Shown here piece by piece: positions 54,341 through 64,000 of a DNA stretch of 64,000 bases. Position 1 is the stretch's first letter; every line of letters starts with the position of its first letter. Origin of the DNA: Octopus vulgaris (taxonomy: Eukaryota); assembly GCA_951406725.2 (NCBI GenBank), contig OX597819.1:66960001-67024000 (forward strand), given 5' to 3'. The notes beneath the pieces are model-generated. The model did no database searches. It was given only the letters and a program-made list of their open reading frames with translations, and was not told the origin of the DNA. A program made the translations under genes and the position numbers.

Positions 54341-55729
54341 TAAAAAACACCCTACATCATCGGAGCATCAAATTTTAAGACAACTTCTCAGACCAAAAGT
54401 TTGTCAAATTTTTTCAAGTATTCGATTGTTTTTCCTCTTCCCACTTGAAGTTTTCTGTCTTACCTATTATCATTTCTAACAAAGCCTGACCATTTTCCTT
54501 CTATTTCGAAGTTCATTAGCACCCTTTATTGTTTTTCCTCCCCACACCCTATCTCATCTTTTCTTTTCACTTCTCTTCCGACTTCTTACGCTTCTCCTCT
54601 TCATTCCATTTCTCGCTCCTTCTACATCACTCAGCCTGTTTCTCTTACCAATCCCTTTCGCTTCACGTACGAAGCCTCCGTTGTCCTCTATTCCTTACCA
54701 GTTGTAACCAAATTATTTAACTCGGAGGATGTAAAACACTGCTGTCTCTCATGAATTTCTCTCATGTCAAGCATGTCAGTTTAAGAAGGATTATATCCGG
54801 AACATTCTATTTTCCACTCCACATTTCATAATTACTGCAATCGATTTTATTAAATGATACAAGTTGTGTCTACGTAGGCGAGTGCCAGTCTTACTGGAGT
54901 ATGTTCGATCGTATATACCTCTTCAGTCTACTTTAAACAACCACATATTGAAACACAATCTAGTAACACTTTATCAAATTCGTTTTATATCCATGAAAAG
55001 ATCACGAAATCATATTTCACGGGGGCACCAGCAACGATTGACAAAAGTAATCATGTATACATCATGAGTAAAAACATTGTGTAGCTAGTTCTCTTAGTTG
55101 CACATCCCGTAATTGACGTTTCAAAAACATTACAAATGTTCTTCACAGCAATCTTTCATGCCCGTACCTTATGCCCACATATTCATGACCTATATATAAT
55201 TTACCTCTTCGTGATCGGTCATTTTTTATATACTTTCATGACAAAAATGGATTCGAGATCGGTTGCAGAATTTTATATATATCCTTATTACAATAATGCT
55301 CATAAATCTGTGATAGGACGACGTTGCTGCTACGCAACGAAACATTCGGCATTACATTACACATAAGCCATCGAAAATATTGTTCAAGTTTCATTCATGA
55401 ACAAATTAAAATGTCTGATCTACAGATGCGCTATCTACTAACACTACCAATACAACCTACTCCGCTTCTTTGAACTAGGTAGACGCATAATGATTACCAG
55501 ACGCAGTCGGTTTTACGCTATGAAACCACATTTAGTTTTCTAGGTGGCTCGAGGGATTCCAAATGTTCATTCATTTCCTTGATTGCAAAATCGATAACAA
55601 AGACAAAAACAAAATCCATCTCAGAATATTCAACTTTGAATGAATATATTCATTGTAATCTCACACTCTGTCACTCTATCTATTTGCCTGTCTATCTATG
55701 TATCTATCTACATATACATGGATACATAT

Positions 55730-55761
<32 letters not shown>

Positions 55762-55806
55762 TGAAGTGTGCTTGCCTGTTTGTGTGAGTGTGTGCGTATA
55801 TATATG

Positions 55807-55850
<44 letters not shown>

Positions 55851-55992
55851 TACACACATACACACCCTACTTGAATGGACCATAAACAAAACTTGACTTA
55901 AACAGGATTCGAATAATCCTATCAGGTGGTGCTATTAAGTTAGACATGGCCTGGACCAATCTTTGGTCGAAGCATATCTAAGTTATCTAAGT

Positions 55993-56027
<35 letters not shown>

Positions 56028-56324
56028 GCACTCACACATATTACGTATGCCACACTTTTTTCTTCTATTTTTATAAATGTTCGGTCATATGTATGGAATT
56101 ATTCACTTTTATTTCAAGATTCCTTGCCAATAGTGAAAGAACCGGTTTCTAACCTAGGCTCTTTCTATCCAACTGAAAGCAATTTCCCTTCTCTATCCCA
56201 AATAATTGTCAGGTCTGTTTTGTTTGTATTTTATTGAGGTTTTCCTTGGTACATTCCATCAGTACTTCTTTTTATAATGAGTGGCTATTGTTTCCACCAT
56301 ACTGTGGATTCTATGAATGTATGC

Positions 56325-56492
56325 ATCTTGGTGTGTTATGACCTCATAACCAACGGTTCGGCAAAGGAGATCGATAAAATATGTACTAGGGTTACAAAGA
56401 ATTAGACTTGAGTTTGATTTGTTCACTAAAGGCGGTGCTCCAGCATGGCTGCAGTCAAATAACTGAAACAAATAGAGGAATGGGATAAAAGA
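56325..56492 (+). mobile_element. SINE family A 3' half
   Basis: cggttcggcaaa...aaaggcggtgctccagcatggctgcagtcaaataactgaaacaa. Confidence 0.85.
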
Positions 56493-56497
56493 ATATA

Positions 56498-56581
<84 letters not shown>

Positions 56582-56801
56582 CGTAAATGTTAGAGAGCCA
56601 ACTTTGAATATGTTAACTCTAGTGCTAGAAATAGGTCCGACCGGTAAAAGTCGCCGACGATAATTCCACATAGAAATAGCACCACAGTCAACGCTATGAA
56701 ATTAAATTACTACTAAATAATGAATTAATTTTGTACAATTGATTCCTCATTAACAAAATGCAGATTATATCTATATCTATAATTTTATTCACCCTCATTA
56801 T

Positions 56802-56858
<57 letters not shown>

Positions 56859-57078
56859 TTGAAAAATAACACCTTTTATCAATTCAACAATGAAATAATC
56901 AAATTATACCATATAGAAGAAAATTAAGTATAAGATAAAAACATATACCAATGATTAAGTAATGTCTAAAATAATAAATAAAATGGATATAATTATATTA
57001 TATATTATATTTTGTGAAATTTGATTTAGTATTACTAAACTGAATTATTCCCTGTAATTTTGGAATAAAATTCCCTGA

Positions 57079-57125
<47 letters not shown>

Positions 57126-57128
57126 CAT

Positions 57129-57165
<37 letters not shown>

Positions 57166-57167
57166 AG

Positions 57168-57490
57168 ATAGTTTCTAAGCGTTACCGACTATTCTCGCCC
57201 CCTTGACCTTAAGTTTGATCGTCCGTGGCTACAGTCCTAAATCACGCTCTGTGCCGTTTTGCTTGTTTGTTTCCTTTTATTTTCTCTCGTCTCTAATTCT
57301 CCGCCAGAAAACTCTCTTTGCGGGCACCGCCAATTGGGAAAACACTCAGTCTTATCGTTAAAGGTGCGAAACTGAACAGTGCCAATTAGTCGAAAACTTA
57401 TGAAGAATTACGGTTCTTCTGTTTGTCTGTCGATCGTTTTACATTCAGTAGACCTAATGTCATTTGTTTATTTACCATAATTTTTCATAT
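57168..57490 (+). mobile_element. (TA)n-embedded element carrying rearranged hammerhead-like motif
   Basis: Same architecture as 26928-27945 units; T-rich tail ending at (TA)n. Confidence 0.5.
57346..57408 (+). ncRNA. Non-circularly permuted hammerhead-like motif, copy 4 (GUC triplet)
   Basis: UCAGU-C-UUaUCG-uuaaag-gugc-GAA-ACUGA-15nt-CGAaAA-CUUAUGA-a-gaau. Confidence 0.55.
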
Positions 57491-58943
57491 ATCTATATAT
57501 ATATATATATATATATATTCATATATACTGTGATCAGTTTAGTGTTCGTATAACAAATCTTTTCTTTCTACATGACCATATTTCGTTGTTCCCTACATCT
57601 AAGGTCGTAATATTTTTGACTCCGGGCTTACTGAAGATTGGTACTGCAGAATATACATTAGAGTTTCTTTTGTATATTCGAAAAAAAAAACTATTATTTC
57701 AAACTAAGTTTTGTTGAGATGGTGCAAAAATTTTCATGTCATAAACGGATACGACTTGATCTTTGAGCTAAATGTCATGCTATAGAAATGCCCAAATAAA
57801 TTCATTCTAAAAGTTATAGCTGTCGTTGAAAAAAAACATATACCGTCTACTCTGAAATATCATTGAGAAAAAATATTAACATATAAATATCATCGCAGAC
57901 AGACGTACATTTATCTTTTATATATATATGATGAACACTTCCATACGAATTTAAATGTATAATGCTGTTTGTAATTAAATAATGAATAATGTGAAATCAA
58001 TTAATTGAAATTCGTGAAAACATTTAGATTTTCATATTACAATTAATTAAAATATGCGGGAGGCATTGCAGAATTATAAATGAATTTATTAAAATAAATG
58101 AATATAAATTAACGAAATTGTAAATGTTCATATGATAGTGTATGTTATATTTCTTTACTATTTATTTGCGTTCTTTTTTTCTTTCTTTTTTTTGTATGTG
58201 ATTAATATTTCAAACATATCTATTCTGAAAATTTAATCTTAAGATGATCGGTTGCGAACAAATATATCGAATACTATTTTACATCTGACTAGACACAATG
58301 ATTCTATGTGTTTTTAATGACATTATGGAAATTTAAAATGTTGTTCATCATAACTTTATCAAAGTTTCCATGGTTGCAAATGGCGTAACTTACATCACTT
58401 TATAAAAAAATAAAAAGTTTTATCCAGACTTCGTCGGAAAAACATGTCTATTTTGCTTACATAAAATTGTCTGTAACAGGTAGACATTTCGTATCTCTTC
58501 GTCTAAGCGCGTAGGTCATAGGTGTATTAAAATGTGCAATGTATGAAATGTGATTTCATATATTTCACATACGGAAGGTTGAAAGGAGTCGGAAGGTTGT
58601 TTTGTTTCCATTAAACGAAGAATGGTGGACTGTGTAAGCTTTTACGCCGGTGAGACATATGCATTAATTTTTTTCTGTAAATTATAGCATGCCATCGTCA
58701 TTTAAATTTCATAGGCCTGGTTGGTAATTTTGTGTTCTAGACAGCTTATTTGGGCACAGTGTTGAAGAGTATGGGTCGTTCAGACAGGGTAGACATGACA
58801 GACAAATAGAAGCTGTTTCCATTGGAAAGGGCTCTGACGTACAAAATATCATCTTTGCTACATATTATGCGAAATGCTAGTATGGGATGGATAGAGGCTG
58901 AAAAGAGAAAGATAATGTTACCGGTGTGGTTGTAAATTTTGAA

Positions 58944-59580
58944 AGGTTTGACGTCTATCTTCAGCATACAATGGATCCACTTAGTGGTCTCTCCTCTTGT
59001 TTATGTTTTAATATAAATCACAGCCGAAGGAAGTTTTTTTACATATGTGACCACTGGTTCAAATTGGTATTATTTGATAATATTGATTGCTACCCTTATC
59101 GTTTAACCTTAAATATCTGTGTTCTCTAGCCAGTTGATTTATTGCAGTTATTTTCTGGCTTAGTGCGCAAGTACAAGGGCGTTTGAATCGAAGTTACGAT
59201 ACATGATAGGGAAATTCTATACAAGCGTATCCTCTCATAGAGATGGGTGGTGTCCAGTTCCATTGTTATGTATCAGCACCGATTTCACTAAATAGCCACA
59301 GACAATGGTTAACTTATTTATGGCGAAACTTTAAGGTATGGAATTAAGTGCTAAGTTAAATTCTTTTCCTTTTTCTAGCTGGTAAACAGCTAGCGTCTTG
59401 CTAATTTGAGAACACATATCTCGTGGGAGAACGGTTTGACGTCTATTTCTAGCATACAAAAGATCCATTTAGTGGTCTCTTTTATTTATCTTTAAATGTA
59501 ATTCACAGTCCTCGGATGTTTCTTTTACGTATGCTGATCTCTGGTCCAGATTGGTGTTATTCAATAGTATTAACTTCTAC
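58944..59580 (-). mobile_element. Diverged direct repeats (58944-59090, 59433-59578), possibly old Penelope pLTR pair
   Basis: ggtttgacgtctat...agcatacaa..gatcca.ttagtggtctct twice; CTGAAGA-tagacgtc-AAAC on minus strand; ELDTTHLY remnant between. Confidence 0.5.
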
Positions 59581-59581
59581 C

Positions 59582-59625
<44 letters not shown>

Positions 59626-59743
59626 ATATATATATATGCATATATATACATGTATGTATATATATATATGTATATATATATATATACATATACATACATA
59701 TATATATGTGTATGCATATATATATATATATACATATACATAC

Positions 59744-59786
<43 letters not shown>

Positions 59787-59820
59787 TATATATATGTATG
59801 TATATGTATATACATATGTG

Positions 59821-59886
<66 letters not shown>

Positions 59887-60359
59887 CGGTTTTGCTATGA
59901 AGTAGGCTATGCTGAATGTGTGTCTCGTGATGATTTTATATTGTTTATGTTGTAGTTATCGATAATCGAAAATTGCTCCGTCATCGCTATGGCTTCCCGA
60001 TACAATTCAATGACATATAATGCATTTCCTCGTTTTCTTTCCAGTTTTTTTTTTTAACGGTATAGATCTCTAATTCGATAAAATAGGCTTTTATTTTTGA
60101 GATCTCTCTCTAGATAATTGGCACCCAAAACATACTTAAGATCAAAACGTTCAAATTATGAACATCCGGTCGTATTTTGAGATATTATCTTCAGAAAAAA
60201 GTTGCTCTCTAGACCGAAATTTCTTTGATATTGCGACACGGCTGTTAAGGGAGGTTTGCTACCTTTTTCTAACTCATTAAATCGCCCTGAAGTGGCACCC
60301 CATTGAGAGATGAGTGGGAAGTCATTTATCTTGAAGTTCGTAATATTAATTCCTCCTAT

Positions 60360-60750
60360 AAGGCCGCAAACTACGATAATCGTTTGTACAGCGAAGAGAA
60401 TGCTTAGCGGCACTTCAACATTCTTTACGTTCTCAGTTCGAATGTCGCCGAGGTTGGCTTTGCTTTTCATAATTGCCGAGTCGATTACTCATCGATTAAT
60501 CTCGTCTCCTGATTTTGCTGGTCTTGTGGCAGTATAAATACAGCCAAGGGAGCAAGATGATATTCGACGGGCGAAATGTTTAGCTGTATACCATCCGTCT
60601 CTATGTTGTGTTCAAATTTCGTCGAAGCCGACTTTGCCCTTAATCCATTCGATGTCTATAAAACAGTACTAGTTGGTCATTGGGGATCAATGTAATCGAC
60701 TTACATCCTGTCACGATATTATTGGCTTTAAACTAGACTTTGAAACCAAT
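60360..60750 (+). mobile_element. SINE family B dimer, degenerate
   Basis: aatgcttagcgg...tacgttctcagttcgaatgtcgccgagg; gggcgaaatgtttagc...gactttgccctt. Confidence 0.7.
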
Positions 60751-60834
60751 ATAAAATAAAGCCAACTCGTAGATTTCTATAAGATTCAAATTTAATGCTC
60801 TCAAACTCTGTTGAACAACAAAGTTGCAATATAC

Positions 60835-60960
60835 TTTACCGATTGAATAAGTGCCAAGCTTATAAAAAATTCTGAGGTCTCAATTCGTTCACCTAAACTT
60901 CTTCAAGGCAGTGTCCCAGCATGGCCGCAGTCCAAAGACTGAAGCGAATAAAATATAAAC
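60835..60960 (+). mobile_element. SINE family A tail
   Basis: aaggcagtgtcccagcatggccgcagtccaaagactgaa. Confidence 0.7.
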
Positions 60961-61728
60961 GATAACAGAACGCAAAAAAAAAGACGATGCTTTTGACACC
61001 TGGTTTCTGTGAAAAGTTTATTACGGCTATACATGTAAGTAAACATTATTTTGTATTAAATAAAGCCATTTATATCGTACCAATTGAATCATCTGAGAAG
61101 AAGTACTGTATTCAGATGTGTATAGCCAATGACAGAGATTGGGTGTGGAGACTGTGGTGGAAGGATCTGAAATATATCTCTGTCTTCTATTGGACATTGG
61201 TGTATTTGTGTATGTATATGTGTGTGCATGCACACGAGCGCACGTCACACATTGTGTGCGCTTGATTATAGTTTTGTGAATGTATGATATTTCTACGGCT
61301 CGTCAGTAAGTTTAATGCGACAGGTACGGTTCACAAATATCAACAGCTTAACAGCTTAACATCATTAGGTATTGGAAAACAAACCGGTGTATGCCTAGGT
61401 GTGTGTGTGTGTTTCACTTCTATATGCGAGTCCGTGTGTGTGTGTGAGTGATGTAAGTACACCAAACAATAAAAATGTATCACAGCGGGGAATAGCGTTT
61501 GGCGAATTATTAGTTTAAAGATTTATTGGTAAGATAAAGTGTCATAACCTTTCGAATGTTTGAAATTCATCAGAATATAGAAAGTCGCAAGAGAGTGATC
61601 AAGAAAGGGAGATAACCAATGAAGGGAAAAAGGACTTTGAAATGTTAGAAGCCAAGCGGGAAATATGTTTGTGGGGCTATGGATAATGGGGAAATATGCT
61701 TGAATTTAAGTGATATTCATAGTAACAT

Positions 61729-61771
<43 letters not shown>

Positions 61772-61774
61772 TTA

Positions 61775-62125
61775 TTTGTTTCGGTCATTTGACTGTGGAT
61801 ATGCTGGAGCACCGCCTTTGGCCAAACAAATCGGCACCAGGACTTAATCTTTTGTAAAACTAGTACTTGTTCTATCGGTCTCTTTTGGCGAACCGTTATA
61901 TTACGGGGTACTAAACACACCAACAACGGTTGTCAAATGATGGTGGGGAGAAAAACATAGACACACAAGCATATACATATATATATACGACGGGCTTTTT
62001 TCAGCTTCTGTCTAACGAATCCACTCACTAGGTTACAGTAGAAAACACTAGCCCAAGGTGCCACACAGTGGGACTAAACCTGGGTCTATGTTGTTGGTAA
62101 GCAACATACAGCCACAAAGCCACTC
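61775..62125 (-). mobile_element. SINE family A, internally deleted
   Basis: gtcatttgactgtggatatgctggagcaccgcc...cccaaggtgccacacagtgggact. Confidence 0.85.
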
Positions 62126-62132
62126 ATATGTG

Positions 62133-62175
<43 letters not shown>

Positions 62176-62436
62176 GCTTTGAGCATCTGTCGTCCAAACC
62201 ACTTTGCTTCTTTAAGTTATAACTGTCACATGCATTACATATTGGGCTCACCCTGGTTTAGAGTGAAATTGTACAATGAAATGCACTTATCACTCACTTA
62301 TTTATTGAAAAGTCGTAAAAGAAAAGTCCCTCATAAATATTTATTCTTATATACATGTTACTGAAAATTCAATAATGTTGAAATGAAATGAACTACTCTG
62401 TCTCTTTTCTCTGTCTGTCTGTCTGTGTGTGTGTGC

Positions 62437-62470
<34 letters not shown>

Positions 62471-62473
<3 letters not shown>

Positions 62474-62549
62474 ATATTGTCTACATAGTCCATATATATA
62501 TATGTCTACATAGTCCATATATATATATGTCATATTGTCTACATAGTCA
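62471..62549. repeat. Nascent minisatellite, 3 x tgtctacatagtc interleaved with (AT)n
   Basis: Direct reading. Confidence 0.85.
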
Positions 62550-62949
62550 ATTAGATTAAATATATCAAATAGAATCTCTAATCTAATAGGAAAAATAAAT
62601 CTAGCACCACCCAGTATAAGAATAACATTTGTTTACTTTCTAATATTTGATCTAATATTGATATACAAATGAATATAGCGATGCTTTTAAATGGTTTTGT
62701 CGTCATCATTATCATCAACAACAGCAACCTCATTTGTATTGGGTGTTTATATGAATGTAAATTATTTCAGTGTCGGTGTCAGTGAATTTGTATTGAAGCA
62801 ATTTACTCGTCAGAAAATATCCAAATGTTCTATTTGCTTTAAGAAATACCTGTTCTACTTATTGATTTCTCTTACGCTTTGTCAATCCATCGAAGGCGTT
62901 AGCTGATAAACATTATCGTACGGTTATACAAAAAATATTGTTTCTTTTC

Positions 62950-64000
62950 ATAATTTTTAAGATGGAGTATCGTCATGCATAAACACATCGCTGTAGCAAG
63001 AACACTTGCCTAATTTCTCTACGAAAGTTGAATCAGGAGTAAGGATATAAAGTTGTGATACATTTTGCAAAAACCGACTTGGAGTTTATTTAAAGGAAAC
63101 ATAAAACAAACACAGAACTATTATTGTCCATTTAGCGTACAAGTTACAAAGCATTACATAAATTGCCACCATTTTCACTAACTGGATATTTACGGAGATT
63201 TAGTACATTCTGTAAGTAAATACAAAACAATATTATGCAAAACGTGTATTATTTGTTCAATAACATTTAATATAACAGTTTATTAAGTTCTGAAATTCAG
63301 TAGTTTTCATTTATAAGAAATGTCTAATAAGCAGGGAGCTTTCAAATTTTCGAATGTTGCAACAATCGTAACTGCTGTGTTGTTCGTAACTTGGATATTT
63401 ATGAATATTTGGTGTTTTATCACTAATAAGAAAAAGATAAATTCCAAATCTCAACTACCACTTTATGTGATGACACTAAATATGGTAGATTCATTGGTCA
63501 TGTTTGCTTGTTTATTAGAGATTTTCTATTTGAGTGACTTCAATGTTCTTTTCTATTTTAATCAGAAGACATGTAAAATATTCACTTTTATATGGAATGC
63601 TTCGAGAATCAGTTCCATATGGATAGCAACTTTTATTTCCCTTCAAACATTTCTGAGTGTATACTTCCCATTGAAACATAGCAAAATTTGCGCGATGAAG
63701 CATGCCATCACATTTATATTAACTACCATTATTTCTTCAGTCGCAGCTGGCATCGTTTCATGCTTGGATATATCGGAGCAATTATTTATCTGCTTTCAAG
63801 AGTATAAAACACCAGAAACACGTATTTTTATTACAGCATTTTTAGTTATTCCAGATTTATTAATGTCTTGTTGCAGCATGTTTGTCTTTTATAACATCAT
63901 ATCTGAATGTTGTTGTTGTTGTGTACAAAGTTATCAGATAAGTAAGTCATCATTCTGCTTTCTACTCATAAAGAACACCATCACAGCAGGAGTAACAGTG
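62950..64000 (-). mobile_element. Possible decayed piggyBac transposase
   Basis: Ordered remnants resembling MSR, F.QY..K..K.G.K, SHKVV and HQIFIN..VT (DN.FTS-like); many stops. Confidence 0.3.

Overview
AT-rich, microsatellite-saturated eukaryotic DNA with no supportable host exon. It is most likely intronic or intergenic DNA from a coleoid cephalopod (Octopus-like); this is inferred from the SINE families and (TA)n/(CA)n density, not proven. Nearly all long ORFs in the track are microsatellite artefacts. The recognisable content is: two Penelope-like elements (a Naiad-type copy with a ~940-bp near-perfect inverted terminal repeat, and a decayed Neptune-type copy); a near full-length decayed R4/Dong LINE; RTE and CR1/L2-type LINE fragments; several tRNA-derived SINE families; non-autonomous Helitrons; and faint L1/Tx1 and piggyBac relics. 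Many short elements between (TA)n tracts carry hammerhead-ribozyme-like motifs. The most striking observation is five dispersed copies of a hammerhead-like motif whose three strands are in a non-circularly permuted order. They have near-invariant spacing (16 nt and 24-25 nt) and five different but perfectly complementary stem III sequences. All alignments and folds were done by eye.
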